A stretch of 40,000 bases of DNA, from the NCBI GenBank assembly GCA_945881945.1, contig CAMCVO010000008.1, positions 24,461 through 64,460 on the forward strand. Direction: 5' to 3'. This stretch comes from Bifidobacterium breve (GTDB taxonomy: Bacteria > Actinomycetota > Actinomycetes > Nanopelagicales > Nanopelagicaceae). Below the pieces are notes generated by a model that was not told the DNA's origin, did no database searches, and saw nothing but the letters and a program-made list of their open reading frames with translations. Within the stretch, counting starts at the first letter, position 1. Every line of letters starts with the position of its first letter. The translations under genes and the position numbers were made by a program. This document shows, piece after piece, positions 29,098 to 39,868 of the stretch.

Positions 29098-29997
29098 TTA
29101 TTCTGCCACCTTTGTTTTGGAACTACGGATCAGACTTGCAACAGTAGTCACCAGTAAAGTACCAATAATTACCACTAGTGAGAATTGGGTTGAAATTTCT
29201 GGTAATTCAAGGCCAAATACATTATGGATATTGCTGCCATGCAATGCCTCTAAAACCAGTTTTATTCCAATAAATCCAAGAATTATTGATAGACCCTCGT
29301 TTAAATATATTAAGCGTCCCATCAGTCCACCTAGCAGAAAATAAATTTGACGCAATCCCATTAGCGCAAATGCATTTGCAGTGAAGACAATATATGGATC
29401 CTTTGTTAAACCAAAAATCGCAGGAATTGAATCTAACGCAAAGATTAAATCTGTAAAAGCAATCGCAATCAGCACTATTGTCAGAGGCGAGGCTCCTCTT
29501 TTTCTAAACCAAGTAATCAACCTCCCCTCCTTCCACTCTTTTTCCTTGTCCTCGGTGAAAAGTTTGTAAGCGGTAAAAATCAGGAAAGCACCAAAAATGT
29601 AAAAAACCCAAGAGTATCTATTGATAACCGCTGAACCAATTACTATAAAAATTCCTCGCAGGATTAGCGCCATTACAATTCCTGCCAAAAGGACTAATTG
29701 TTGCTTTTTCTTACTGATTTGAAATCGTGCAAGAATCAAAATAAATATGAATAGATTATCAACGGATAGTGAGTATTCAGTTATCCAGCCAGCAAAAAAT
29801 TCACCCCGGGCCTGGGTAGTGCTCCACTGACCAAGAGAAATACCAAAAATAATTGCAGCACTTACATAAAAAACAGTCCAAGCAGCAGCTTCCTTGATAG
29901 TGGTGTCTTTATTTCGCCTAACTATTGCAAGTGCTAAATCAAAGGCAAGTACAGCCAACAATCCTATGATAGTTAATTCCCAGACAGTTGAACTCAT
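29098..29997 (-). CDS. TerC family integral membrane protein
   Basis: SLSVDNLFIFILILARFQI, AFTDLIFALDSIPAIFGLTKDPYIVFTANAFALMGLRQIYFLL. Confidence 0.95.
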   Translation of the reverse strand: MSSTVWELTIIGLLAVLAFDLALAIVRRNKDTTIKEAAAWTVFYVSAAIIFGISLGQWSTTQARGEFFAGWITEYSLSVDNLFIFILILARFQISKKKQQLVLLAGIVMALILRGIFIVIGSAVINRYSWVFYIFGAFLIFTAYKLFTEDKEKEWKEGRLITWFRKRGASPLTIVLIAIAFTDLIFALDSIPAIFGLTKDPYIVFTANAFALMGLRQIYFLLGGLMGRLIYLNEGLSIILGFIGIKLVLEALHGSNIHNVFGLELPEISTQFSLVVIIGTLLVTTVASLIRSSKTKVAE

Positions 29998-30189
29998 ATA
30001 AATTAATACCCTCCCAGGATTAGAACACCATTTAACACGGTTGCTTGTTTAATGCTGCTTATTACTCTCTGCGAATCAGCCTCAGTTTTCTATCCTGAAA
30101 CCCTCTTCCTAGCCAATTCTAGGTCCTTTAACAAGTAATTAAAGCACATTTATTAATCATGTTAACTAGTAATTTTAGGATTTATGCGC

Positions 30190-30207
30190 AGAACAAGGGC
30201 TTGTTCT
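30190..30207. repeat. Perfect 8-bp inverted repeat in intergenic DNA, operator-like
   Basis: AGAACAAG-GG-CTTGTTCT. Confidence 0.6.
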
Positions 30208-30529
30208 AAATTTATGTCAAAGTAAGAAGTATAAACTACCAGTTTTTCAATCTAATACTGGTAAGGGTGTGCAGATATATGAACACGATTCGTCCCAAGA
30301 TTAAGATCGTTAATATGTTTTAACTTATAGAAATATATTAAATTATTTTTGTTAGCGATTTTTGATATTGAATTTTAATGATAAATAATTAAATTAGTGG
30401 TCAATAAATTTCAAAGATTTACGCATGAATTTATCGTAGTTGCTTAAAAATTTAACTCTGCTAAACTACGTCAGTAAGATAACTTTTGATTAGGAGAGTG
30501 CACGCCAAACTTCGGTCTATTAGGACCCT

Positions 30530-31942
30530 TTGACAGTACAAACCCGCATGAAAACACAAACGCACCACAACCAAACCTTTCGTTCAGTTCCAGCGCATTC
30601 AAAGCCATTAGATAAAACTCGCCTTGAAAAGTTGTTTCAACAACAAATAGATTTATATAAATCAAATCTTCGTAGCTCAAGCTCTGAGTACTTAACTGCA
30701 CTTAAAACTATTCCGCTAGGGGCGCACTCAACCTTTCAATCATTTGATCCATATCCAATCTCAATCAAATCAGCCAAAGGTGCCTGGATGGTTGATGTGG
30801 ATGGTCGAAAGATGCTAGATCTATCCATGGGCTTTGGCTCAATGTTGGTTGGTCACTTAAATCCTGAGGTAATGGCCGAGCTTAAAAGCACATTAGATGT
30901 TGGCACCTTGTACACCGCACCATCTCCTGACTCTCGAGATGCTGCTGAGCGATTGTGCCGTCGATTTGGAATTGATCAGATCAGATTTACTAACTCAGGC
31001 ACTGAATCAACGATGTATGCGGTAAGAACTGCCCGGGCTTATACCGGTAAAGAGGGCGTAGTAAAGGTGGAAGGTGGCTACCACGGAAGTGGGGATGCGC
31101 TATTGGTTTCTAATAAACCACCACTAGATAAAGCAGGACCAGCAGATGCTCCAGTCCCAGTAATTGGCAATGCGGTAGTTCCAGGTTTGTCATATGTGGT
31201 TCCATACAACAATATTGAAGCACTTGAAGCGGTATTCCAGAAACACTCTGACAAAATTGCCTGCTTTATTGTGGAACCTGTTTTGGAAAATGTTGGAATT
31301 ATTTTGCCAGATGAGGGTTACTTAGAATCAGTGCGAGCCCTCTGTGATGAGTACAAGATTGTTTTAATTTTTGATGAGGTTAAGACTGGTTTAACCGCTG
31401 GCCCACAAGGTGCTGCCCAACGTCTTGGCGTAATCCCAGATTTAATTTGTTTAGCAAAATCAATTGGTGGTGGAATTCCACTTGCAGCATTTGGTGGAAA
31501 AACAGAGTTTATGAAACCAGTAACTGATGGCCGAATGCCACACCTTGGTACATTTAATGGACATATTTTGGCAATGGCAGCGGTTAGAGCAGTAGATAAG
31601 CTTTGTACACCAGCAGCTCTTGAAAAGGCTGAGTCTTTAAATATTCAAGCATTAACTAGAATCCGTGAAATTATCGATGAGTATGAATTACCAGCACACA
31701 CTGTTGGTTTTGGCGTGAAGGGTTGTATAACCTGGTCTGATCGACCAGTTAGAAATTATCGCGATTACAAAGCAACAGATTTCCAAATTGCTGAGCTTTC
31801 ATTTATCTGGTCACTAAATCATGGAATTATGACGCCACCAGGATTAGATGAGCAGTGGTTGATCTCCCTTGCCCATGGTCAGGCTGAGGTTGATTTTATG
31901 GTTAATGACTTTAAGGAATTTGCTAAAACTCTTCGCAGCTAA
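30530..31942 (+). CDS. Class-III PLP aminotransferase, glutamate-1-semialdehyde aminomutase-like subgroup
   Basis: RFTNSGTESTMYAVRTARAYTGKEGVVKVEGGYHG, IVLIFDEVKTGL, CLAKSIGGGIPLAAFGG. The start could be the ATG at 30548. Confidence 0.88.
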   Translation: MTVQTRMKTQTHHNQTFRSVPAHSKPLDKTRLEKLFQQQIDLYKSNLRSSSSEYLTALKTIPLGAHSTFQSFDPYPISIKSAKGAWMVDVDGRKMLDLSMGFGSMLVGHLNPEVMAELKSTLDVGTLYTAPSPDSRDAAERLCRRFGIDQIRFTNSGTESTMYAVRTARAYTGKEGVVKVEGGYHGSGDALLVSNKPPLDKAGPADAPVPVIGNAVVPGLSYVVPYNNIEALEAVFQKHSDKIACFIVEPVLENVGIILPDEGYLESVRALCDEYKIVLIFDEVKTGLTAGPQGAAQRLGVIPDLICLAKSIGGGIPLAAFGGKTEFMKPVTDGRMPHLGTFNGHILAMAAVRAVDKLCTPAALEKAESLNIQALTRIREIIDEYELPAHTVGFGVKGCITWSDRPVRNYRDYKATDFQIAELSFIWSLNHGIMTPPGLDEQWLISLAHGQAEVDFMVNDFKEFAKTLRS

Positions 31943-31943
31943 C

Positions 31944-33428
31944 TTAGGTATTTTGTGGGAAACCTAAATTAATTCCACCATGGCTTGGATCTAACCAGCG
32001 ACTAGTAACAACCTTGCCGCGGGTAAAGAAGTGAACCCCTTCAGTTCCATGCGCATGTGAATCACCAAATAATGAGTTCTTCCAACCACCAAATGAGAAG
32101 TAAGCCATTGGCACTGGAATCGGCACATTGATACCAACCATGCCAACCTCAACCTCATTTTGGAAGCGTCTTGCAGCGCCACCATCATTGGTGAAGATGG
32201 CAGTGCCATTTCCATATTGATGATTGTTGACCAGCTTTAATGCCTCGTCATAGCTTTTAACTCTAATAACGCTAAGTACTGGTCCAAATATCTCTTCCTG
32301 ATAGATGCTCATACTTGGCTTAACCTGATCAAATAAGGTTGGCCCAAGCCAAAATCCTTCGCCATCAACCTCAACTTTTCGGCCATCAAAAACAATCTTG
32401 GCACCCTCTTTTTCACCAGCTGCGATGTAAGAGGCGACCTTGTCTCGGTGCACCTTGGTCACAAGTGGGCCCATGTCAGCACCCTTTGTGCCATCACCAG
32501 TTTTAATCTTATTTGCTCGTTGAGTTATCTTCTCAATTAATTTGTCTGCAATTGGCTCCACCGCAACAATTGCTGAGATCGCCATACATCTTTCACCTGC
32601 TGAGCCAAAACCGGCATTAATTGCCGCATCTGCAGCTAACTCTAAATCAGCATCTGGCAGAACAATCATGTGGTTTTTCGCGCCACCCAATGCCTGCACT
32701 CGCTTGCCAGCTTTTGTGCCAGTCTCATACACATACTTTGCAATTGGAGTTGAGCCAACAAATGAAACTGATTTAATCCCAGGATGTGTCAGCAATGCAT
32801 CAACTGCGACCTTATCGCCGTGAACTACGTTAAAGACACCATCTGGTAATCCGGCATCTTTGAGTAATTGGGCAACAAACATAATTGCACTTGGATCTTT
32901 CTCACTTGGCTTAACAATTACTGTGTTGCCGCATGCGATTGCAATTGGGAAAAACCACATCGGCACCATGGCTGGAAAATTAAATGGCGAAATCACCGCT
33001 ACCGGTCCTAGCGGCTGACGAATTGAGTAAACATCTACACCAGTTGAAACCTCTTCAGAAAATCCGCCCTTGAGTAGATGGGGGATGCCACAGGCAAACT
33101 CAACTACCTCAAGTCCACGTGTTACCTCACCAAAGGCATCACTTAATACTTTGCCATGTTCCTTGGTAATTAAGGCAGCTATTTGCTCTTTATTTTGATT
33201 TACTAATTCACGAAATGCAAAGAGCACCTGGGTGCGCTTAGTCAGTGAGCTATGGCGCCAAGTTTCAAAAGCTTTTGTAGCCACATCTACAGCAGCATCA
33301 ATAGTTGCAGTTGTTGCAAAATTTACCTTGGCACTTACTTGACCGGTTGCCGGGTTATAGACATCACCAGTGCGCTCTGATTTTTCAGTTGAAAGTTGGT
33401 TATTGATCCAATGTGAAATAGTTTCCAT
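31944..33428 (-). CDS. mmsA: CoA-acylating methylmalonate-/malonate-semialdehyde dehydrogenase
   Basis: VAVISPFNFPAMVPMWFFPIAIACGNTVIVKPSEKDPSA and FGSAGERCMAISAIV. Confidence 0.95.
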   Translation of the reverse strand: METISHWINNQLSTEKSERTGDVYNPATGQVSAKVNFATTATIDAAVDVATKAFETWRHSSLTKRTQVLFAFRELVNQNKEQIAALITKEHGKVLSDAFGEVTRGLEVVEFACGIPHLLKGGFSEEVSTGVDVYSIRQPLGPVAVISPFNFPAMVPMWFFPIAIACGNTVIVKPSEKDPSAIMFVAQLLKDAGLPDGVFNVVHGDKVAVDALLTHPGIKSVSFVGSTPIAKYVYETGTKAGKRVQALGGAKNHMIVLPDADLELAADAAINAGFGSAGERCMAISAIVAVEPIADKLIEKITQRANKIKTGDGTKGADMGPLVTKVHRDKVASYIAAGEKEGAKIVFDGRKVEVDGEGFWLGPTLFDQVKPSMSIYQEEIFGPVLSVIRVKSYDEALKLVNNHQYGNGTAIFTNDGGAARRFQNEVEVGMVGINVPIPVPMAYFSFGGWKNSLFGDSHAHGTEGVHFFTRGKVVTSRWLDPSHGGINLGFPQNT

Positions 33429-33471
33429 ATCCCAACCTTACCTCAAAGAATTTACCGCCATGAAATTACCC

Positions 33472-33496
33472 CTTCCTACCAAAAAACCATAGGAAG
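33472..33496. promoter_or_regulatory. Perfect 7-bp inverted repeat in the divergent mmsA/aminotransferase intergenic region, candidate operator
   Basis: CTTCCTA-N11-TAGGAAG. Confidence 0.45.
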
Positions 33497-33542
33497 TGAT
33501 TAGATTGGGGCATCAAGTCAGGCCAACAAACCAGGGAGCAAA

Positions 33543-34880
33543 GTGAGTACCCCAGAGAACAACCCAGATAAGGCAGCAAAGGTTTTTGCTGATGACCGTG
33601 CATATGTTTTCCACTCTTGGTCAGCACAGGGGCAGATCACACCAATGACAGTTGCCGGCGGTGCCGGTTCATACTTTTGGGATTTCAATGGCAAGAAGTA
33701 CTTAGATTTTTCATGTCAACTAGTTTTTACAAATATTGGCCATCAGCATCCAAAGGTAATTGCAGCGATCAAAGAGCAAGCTGATGTGCTTGCAACTGTG
33801 GCACCACAACATGCCAATGAGGCAAGAAATGAAGCAGCAAAGCGCATCACTGGCGTAGCAGGTGATAGCTTTAAAAAAGTTTTCTTTACAAATGGTGGCG
33901 CAGATGGCATAGAGAATGCGATCCGAATGGCCAGGCTTCACACTAACAAACACAAGGTTTTATCTACCTATCGTTCTTATCATGGCAATACTGGCTCTGC
34001 GATTAATGCAACAGGTGATCCAAGAAGATTTCCAAATGAGTTTGGTTATGGACATGTGCACTTTTGGGGTCCATATCTTTATCGCACCGCTTTTTGGGCC
34101 ACAAATCAGGAAGAGGAGTGCCAGCGAGCACTTGAGCATTTAGAGCAAACAATTATTTTTGAAGGTCCAAAGACAATTGCGGCAATCGTAATTGAGTCAG
34201 TCCCAGGAACAGCTGGTGTGTTAGTACCACCTGCAGGATATCTAGATGGCTTGCGAGCACTTTGTGACAAGTATGAAATTCTTTGGATTGCAGATGAGGT
34301 TATGTCTGGCTTTGGTAGAACTGGTAAATGGTTTGGCTTCCAGCACTCTAAATCAACTCCTGATCTAATTGTCTTTGCCAAGGGTGTTACCTCAGGTTAT
34401 GTGCCACTTGGTGGGGTAATAATTCCAGAAAAAATTGCGAAGACATTTGATGAGCGAGTATTTCCAGGTGGACTCACCTATTCAGGCCACCCACTTGCTT
34501 GTGCTACTGCAGTTGCAACTATTGATGTAATGAAAAGTGAGAAGATGGTAGAAAATGCTGCCAGTATTGGTGAGAAAATCCTTGGGCCTGGATTAAATGA
34601 GTTAGCGAAAAAACATCAAGTAATTGGCGATATTAGAGGCGCAGGTGTTTTCTGGGGAGTAGATATGGTCACAGATAGAAAAACACGTGAACCACTTGCG
34701 CCATATGGTGCATCTAGTCCAAAGATGAATGAGATTGTGGCAACTTGCAAGAAAAATGGTTTGATGCCATTTAATAACTTCAACCGAATTCACATGGTGC
34801 CACCATGCAATATCTCTGAAAGTGATGCCAAGTTAGGCTTAGAGTTACTATCTAAGTCACTAACTGAGATCGGTCTCTAG
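33543..34880 (+). CDS. Class-III omega-aminotransferase (beta-alanine/taurine-type candidate substrate)
   Basis: KVFFTNGGADGIENAIRMARLHT, ILWIADEVMSGFGRTGKWFGFQH and LIVFAKGVTSGYVPLGGVII. GTG start. Confidence 0.9.
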   Translation: MSTPENNPDKAAKVFADDRAYVFHSWSAQGQITPMTVAGGAGSYFWDFNGKKYLDFSCQLVFTNIGHQHPKVIAAIKEQADVLATVAPQHANEARNEAAKRITGVAGDSFKKVFFTNGGADGIENAIRMARLHTNKHKVLSTYRSYHGNTGSAINATGDPRRFPNEFGYGHVHFWGPYLYRTAFWATNQEEECQRALEHLEQTIIFEGPKTIAAIVIESVPGTAGVLVPPAGYLDGLRALCDKYEILWIADEVMSGFGRTGKWFGFQHSKSTPDLIVFAKGVTSGYVPLGGVIIPEKIAKTFDERVFPGGLTYSGHPLACATAVATIDVMKSEKMVENAASIGEKILGPGLNELAKKHQVIGDIRGAGVFWGVDMVTDRKTREPLAPYGASSPKMNEIVATCKKNGLMPFNNFNRIHMVPPCNISESDAKLGLELLSKSLTEIGL

Positions 34881-34980
34881 CAGTAAGTAGATTTACCGCT
34901 AGTAATCCACAATTTTTATCTTTTATGCATTACTAACACTTTTTTCTTTATAGTTTCCAAACACAAACTTTTGGAGCTAT

Positions 34981-35193
34981 ATGAATCTAACAATGCAAAT
35001 AATTCGAGTAAATCTCCTCTTAAAATCTAAGGCCACAGCTTTTGTTAAGAGCGACAGTCGTGGAGATGTGCCTGGCTGGGTATTAGTAGTACTTATGACC
35101 ACTGCTTTGGTTACTGGCATCTGGTCAATCGCTGCGCCAAAACTAACCACAATCTTGCGCAACTCATTGGATGCAATGGGCGGTATCAGGTAG
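34981..35193 (+). CDS. Flp-pilin/DUF4244-like small protein
   Basis: 70 aa: ...SRGDVPGWVLVVLMTTALVTGIWSIAAPKLTTILRNSLDAMGG. One TM helix after a short charged N-terminus. Confidence 0.6.
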   Translation: MNLTMQIIRVNLLLKSKATAFVKSDSRGDVPGWVLVVLMTTALVTGIWSIAAPKLTTILRNSLDAMGGIR

Positions 35194-35517
35194 TTGCGCA
35201 AGCTATTACTTGCCCAGCACCGCGGATCAGTTGAATCACTACTAACCATACTCCCGCAAGTTTTTGTATTTTTAGTTATGTTTCAACTGATCTTTATGCA
35301 ATTCAATGTCATGCGTTCAACTAACTTAAATCAAGGAGAGTTGGCAACCACAGCAATTACTGGCTCAGGTGATAACTATGTGAGATACCCACTTATTGGT
35401 GGCGGCTCTGTCTTGGTCATTGAAGATAAGAGTCATATTGAGAAGTTTATTGATTTTGGCAATCTTTCAGGTAAGAAAATATTGGCAATTGCAGTAGATG
35501 AAGACTCTGCCAATTAA
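35194..35517 (+). CDS. TadE-like pseudopilin/minor pilus protein
   Basis: 107 aa: RGSVESLLTILPQVFVFLVMFQLIFMQFNVMRSTN. TTG start directly after the previous TAG. Confidence 0.55.
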   Translation: MRKLLLAQHRGSVESLLTILPQVFVFLVMFQLIFMQFNVMRSTNLNQGELATTAITGSGDNYVRYPLIGGGSVLVIEDKSHIEKFIDFGNLSGKKILAIAVDEDSAN

Positions 35518-35902
35518 ATTTTTAAAAAAATCAGATAACGGCTCTGCAACTGCAGAGTTTGTTATCTTTACCCTTCCTTTTTTTACCGCCTTTTTAATTT
35601 TGATTACAACTGTTTCAAGTAAGAGCTTAGCGATCTCAGAGAGTGAAAACTTAGCAAGACAGACGGTGCGAGCCTTTGTTACTTCACCAAGTGCGGATTT
35701 GGCGATGGCCAGGGCCTATCAAGTACTAGAGATTTATAAATCAAAGCGATCACCAAGTGGTAATCAAATTCGGCAGATTGAATTAGATATCTCCTGCAGC
35801 TTCTACCCATGTTTTTCTCCTGGAAATATGGTTACTTCAACTATCATCGTAGGAAAAAGTGAAAAGGCATCAGCTAGTGAGTATGTAGATCTATGGCGAT
35901 AG
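35498..35902 (+). CDS. TadE-like protein
   Basis: SDNGSATAEFVIFTLPFFTAFLILITTVSSK, a TadE-type N-terminal motif. Confidence 0.7.
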   Translation: MKTLPIKFLKKSDNGSATAEFVIFTLPFFTAFLILITTVSSKSLAISESENLARQTVRAFVTSPSADLAMARAYQVLEIYKSKRSPSGNQIRQIELDISCSFYPCFSPGNMVTSTIIVGKSEKASASEYVDLWR

Positions 35903-36363
35903 CAAAGATAATTTCTGGTAAAAGCCGTGGCTCATTGCTCCCACTCTCATTTGGCTTTTTTCTACTTGCGATGACACTAACCTTTATCTCGATAAATGTT
36001 GCCTCTGCTTACTCAGTTAAAAAGCAATTAACTAATCTTGCTGAGGGTGCGATTAATAAATCCGCCCAATCAATAAACTCACTTGCCTACTACGCCGAGG
36101 TAAATAGATTTAGTAGCGAAAAACGGGTGCCGCTAGATTGTATTGCTGCTCAAGCCAAGTTTTATCAATTGATTAATCAACTCAGATTGCATGAGAAACA
36201 AATCAAAGTAGATCACTTTAAATGTGAGCTATATGAAGTATCTGCTCAAGTTTCGATCGCTGGCAATATGCCAATTCAGATACCATTTATGGAATCTGTT
36301 GCGTTAAATAGATTGATAATCTCCACTCAAGTTGGCGCAAGTTCGGTATACATCCCTAATTAG
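35893..36363 (+). CDS. TadG/Flp-assembly-like protein
   Basis: [43 protein letters not shown]. 10-nt overlap with the preceding gene. Confidence 0.6.
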   Translation: MAIAKIISGKSRGSLLPLSFGFFLLAMTLTFISINVASAYSVKKQLTNLAEGAINKSAQSINSLAYYAEVNRFSSEKRVPLDCIAAQAKFYQLINQLRLHEKQIKVDHFKCELYEVSAQVSIAGNMPIQIPFMESVALNRLIISTQVGASSVYIPN

Positions 36364-36377
36364 ATTACCCTTGCCCT

Positions 36378-37484
36378 ATGGCCGCCCGAGATTATCAAGA
36401 TGAGATCAATAAAATTGATGTCACTCTTAAGTCAATTGAGCAGGTTTTAAACCTACCGAAATTAATTGAAAATGCTGCTGAATTAGAAAAGCAGGCGAGT
36501 GTGCCAAATCTTTGGGATGACCCCCAAGCAGCTCAGGTAATTACAAGTAAATTGTCCAGAGCACAATCAACTATAAATAAGATCAGTTCAATTCGAAGTA
36601 GATTAAATGATCTGCCAGTAATGGTTGAGTTATCAGCAAATGAAAGTGATAAGGCATCTGCTTTTAAAGAGGTTGATAAAGAGTTAGATGAGTTAACTCA
36701 AGTGATTAATGATCTTGAGGTACAGACTTTGTTAAGCGGTGAGTATGACGAGCGAGATGCGTTGATGACCATTAGATCAGAGGCTGGTGGCGTAGAAGCT
36801 GCTGATTGGGCGCAGATGCTGATGCGGATGTACGTTAGATTTTGTGAGCGCCATAATTACAAAATAGATGTTCTAGAAACCTCATATGCTGAAGAGGCTG
36901 GAATTAAATCAACCACATTTAGAATCTCATCCCCTTATGCATATGGCAGACTTTCCGTAGAGCAGGGGACACATCGATTAGTTCGTATCTCACCCTTTGA
37001 TTCCCAATCTCGTCGCCACACATCCTTTGCTGGCGTTGAGGTTGTGCCAGTGGTTGAGCAAAGTGATCATATTGAGATTGAAGAAAAAGATTTAAGAGTA
37101 GATGTCTATCGCTCCTCTGGCCCTGGTGGTCAAGGTGTCAACACCACTGACTCAGCGGTGAGAATTACCCACACGCCATCTGGAATTGTGGTCTCCTGTC
37201 AAAATGAAAGATCACAAATTCAAAACCGGGCAACTGCCATGGCGGTATTGCAATCTAAATTATTAGAACGACGTCGATTAGAAGAGCGCGCCAAGATGGA
37301 TGCATTAAAGGGAGATAACTCTGGCTCTTGGGGAAATCAAATGAGATCTTATGTACTTGCTCCATATCAAATGGTGAAAGATCTGCGGACAAATTTTGAA
37401 GTTGGAAATCCATCTTCCGTTTTAGATGGTGATTTGGATGGGTTTATTGAGGCAGGTATTAAATGGCGCAAGGGGCGCGAGTAA
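36378..37484 (+). CDS. prfB: Peptide chain release factor 2
   Basis: [37 protein letters not shown]. The GGQ motif and SPF (ISPFDSQ) are present. Confidence 0.98.
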   Translation: MAARDYQDEINKIDVTLKSIEQVLNLPKLIENAAELEKQASVPNLWDDPQAAQVITSKLSRAQSTINKISSIRSRLNDLPVMVELSANESDKASAFKEVDKELDELTQVINDLEVQTLLSGEYDERDALMTIRSEAGGVEAADWAQMLMRMYVRFCERHNYKIDVLETSYAEEAGIKSTTFRISSPYAYGRLSVEQGTHRLVRISPFDSQSRRHTSFAGVEVVPVVEQSDHIEIEEKDLRVDVYRSSGPGGQGVNTTDSAVRITHTPSGIVVSCQNERSQIQNRATAMAVLQSKLLERRRLEERAKMDALKGDNSGSWGNQMRSYVLAPYQMVKDLRTNFEVGNPSSVLDGDLDGFIEAGIKWRKGRE

Positions 37485-37604
37485 TCTCACATTTAGCCTA
37501 AATTCTCAGTTTTATATTGCAAAAATCATCATTAAATCACCAATTAATTGTGGTTACTTATCTAAACTAGCACTAGTTGATCAGCGCACTCACCTTAAGG
37601 GGTT

Positions 37605-38300
37605 TTGATTTTGATTCGTTTTGAGAATGTCACAAAGCTCTATCCCAGACAAGATAAAGCTGCCCTAGATGGGGTCAACCTAGAGATTACTAAGGGTGAG
37701 TTTGTTTTCTTAGTTGGTTTATCTGGTTCTGGAAAATCTACCTTTTTAAGATTAGTGCTGCGAGAAGAGCGACCAAGCTCAGGTGTGATTCATGTGGCAG
37801 GAAAAGATTTAAATACTTTGGCAAACCATAAGGTGCCAGAGTTGCGCCGGCAGGTGGGAACAGTTTTCCAAGACTTTAGGTTGCTACCAAATAAGACCGT
37901 CTCTGAAAATGTTGCCTTTACCCTGCACGTCTTAGGGTATTCAAAGAAGCAGATCGGACGAGATGTACCGGAGGTTTTAGAGTTGGTCGGACTTGAAGAA
38001 AAGGGTGATCGCAAACCAAGTGAGTTATCAGGTGGTGAGCAACAACGAGTTGCCATCGCTAGAGCATATGTTTCTCGGCCAACAATTTTGATTGCCGATG
38101 AGCCAACCGGAAACTTAGATCCAGCGACCTCAGTTGGCATTATGAAATTACTAGATCGCATCAATCGAGAGGGCACCACAGTTGTAATGGCAACTCATGA
38201 TGCTGGAATTGTCGACCAAATGCGAAAGCGAGTAATTGAATTAGAAGGTGGCCATGTAATCCGCGATCAAGCCCGTGGTGTCTATGGCTATACCGGTTAA
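37605..38300 (+). CDS. ftsE: Cell division ATP-binding protein FtsE
   Basis: [48 protein letters not shown] and [14 protein letters not shown]. Adjacent to ftsX. Confidence 0.97.
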   Translation: MILIRFENVTKLYPRQDKAALDGVNLEITKGEFVFLVGLSGSGKSTFLRLVLREERPSSGVIHVAGKDLNTLANHKVPELRRQVGTVFQDFRLLPNKTVSENVAFTLHVLGYSKKQIGRDVPEVLELVGLEEKGDRKPSELSGGEQQRVAIARAYVSRPTILIADEPTGNLDPATSVGIMKLLDRINREGTTVVMATHDAGIVDQMRKRVIELEGGHVIRDQARGVYGYTG

Positions 38301-38329
38301 AGCCAAGATGAAAAAGATAGGGTTACCAA

Positions 38330-39232
38330 ATGCGCGCTAAGTTTGTAATGAGTGAGGTAGGTATAGGCCTGCGCCGAAACCTAACAATGACCTTTGCAGT
38401 GGTAATTACTGTTGCTATCTCTTTGTCCCTTCTTGGTATTGGCTTACTGGCAAACTCACAGGTGCGAGTAATGAAGGATTATTGGTATGACAAAATTGAG
38501 GTTTCAATATTTCTCTGTGGTTCCTTATCTGAAGGACAATCATGTGCAAATGGTGTAATCACTCAAGACCAAAAGATTGGCATTCAACGAGATCTGCAGG
38601 CACTTCCAGTTGTGCAAGAGGTTTACTACGAATCACAAACTGAAGCATTTAAACGTTTTCAAGAAAGATTTGAGGGCTCAGCAATTGCACAAAATGTCAC
38701 AGCAGATCAACTCCCTGAATCATTTAGGGTAAAACTTAAAGATCCAACTAAGTTTGCAGTTATAGAAAGTGCCTTTGCTGGCCGGCCAGGTGTTGATATT
38801 GTGCAGGATCAACGGGCAATCTTAGAAAAGTTTTTTGGATTACTAGGTGTATTGCGAAATGGTGCATTAGCAATAGGTGCCGCATCAGTATTAACCGCTG
38901 CGTTATTAATAAGTAACACTCTGCGAATAGCTGCCTTTAATAGAAGGCGGGAGACTGGGGTAATGAAGCTAGTTGGTGCATCAAGTTTTTCAATTCAGTT
39001 GCCATTTTTATTAGAGGGTATCTTTGCCGCCGTTTTTGGCTGGCTAGTCTCAACTGGATTTTTATCTGCATTTAAAGCGGTAGTGGATGCAAATGTGGCA
39101 CCACTTTTAACCTTCACCCAATTTTTCACCTGGCGCGATGTTTGGGTGGCAAGTGCCTGGCTGTTATTAACAGGTTTATTTGTTTCCGGGTTAGCATCAG
39201 TGCTCACCTTGCGTAAATATCTAAAGGTTTAA
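38330..39232 (+). CDS. ftsX: Cell division permease-like protein FtsX
   Basis: [28 protein letters not shown]-type N-terminus ([13 protein letters not shown]), an extracellular domain and 3 C-terminal TMs. Confidence 0.97.
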   Translation: MRAKFVMSEVGIGLRRNLTMTFAVVITVAISLSLLGIGLLANSQVRVMKDYWYDKIEVSIFLCGSLSEGQSCANGVITQDQKIGIQRDLQALPVVQEVYYESQTEAFKRFQERFEGSAIAQNVTADQLPESFRVKLKDPTKFAVIESAFAGRPGVDIVQDQRAILEKFFGLLGVLRNGALAIGAASVLTAALLISNTLRIAAFNRRRETGVMKLVGASSFSIQLPFLLEGIFAAVFGWLVSTGFLSAFKAVVDANVAPLLTFTQFFTWRDVWVASAWLLLTGLFVSGLASVLTLRKYLKV

Positions 39233-39261
39233 CCACCTCCGCACAACTGAAAGATTGGGGG

Positions 39262-39783
39262 TTGCTTGTGGTCAAAGAGTTAGGCAAGAAGGTAATTGCC
39301 CAAAATAAAAGCGCCCGCCATGACTACTTTATTGAAGAGGTCTATGAGTGTGGGTTGGTGCTAACTGGCACTGAGGTTAAATCCTTAAGAGCAGGACGGG
39401 CCTCATTAACTGATGGTTATGCAATGGCAAAAGATGGTGAGATTTGGGTAAGTGGTATCCACATTCCTGAATACAACCAGGGCTCTTGGACAAATCATCC
39501 ACCACGGCGAGATCGCAAATTACTTCTTCACAAACGAGAGATTGCTCAGATCTCAGGTGTGATTAAGCAAGGTGGTTTAACCCTAATTCCCCTTTCACTT
39601 TACTTTAAAGATGGCAAAGCAAAGGTTGAGATTGCAGTTGCAAAGGGTAAGAAAGCACATGACAAGCGAAATACATTGATGGAGCAGCAGATGACCCGTG
39701 AAGTAAACCGTGAGTTATCTAGGCGCACCACTGGTAAAAGTAGTAGTGGAAAGCGCAAAAAATCTGATGCTGATTACGATTAG
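39262..39783 (+). CDS. smpB: SsrA-binding protein (true start possibly the GTG at 39268)
   Basis: [43 protein letters not shown] and KKAHDKR. Confidence 0.98.
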   Translation: MLVVKELGKKVIAQNKSARHDYFIEEVYECGLVLTGTEVKSLRAGRASLTDGYAMAKDGEIWVSGIHIPEYNQGSWTNHPPRRDRKLLLHKREIAQISGVIKQGGLTLIPLSLYFKDGKAKVEIAVAKGKKAHDKRNTLMEQQMTREVNRELSRRTTGKSSSGKRKKSDADYD

Positions 39784-39868
39784 TAACCTAATTAACAGTA
39801 TTTATAAATAAGCTGTAAAATAACCCTTTCAAACAACTAAATATTGAATAGTAATTCGCTTTAATCTT

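Noticed and set aside
29998-30180. yybP-ykoY (Mn2+) riboswitch upstream of terC
   Set aside because: I looked for it because TerC genes are frequent targets. The minus-strand leader lacks the conserved GGGGAGUA-type core; a covariance-model search would be decisive.
36378-36470. Programmed +1 frameshift in prfB
   Set aside because: The gene is continuous from ATG with no internal UGA slippery site.
1-39868. tRNA genes
   Set aside because: No T-loop GTTCRANNC context in a cloverleaf-compatible layout was noticed in the intergenic gaps; a tRNAscan-SE run would settle this.
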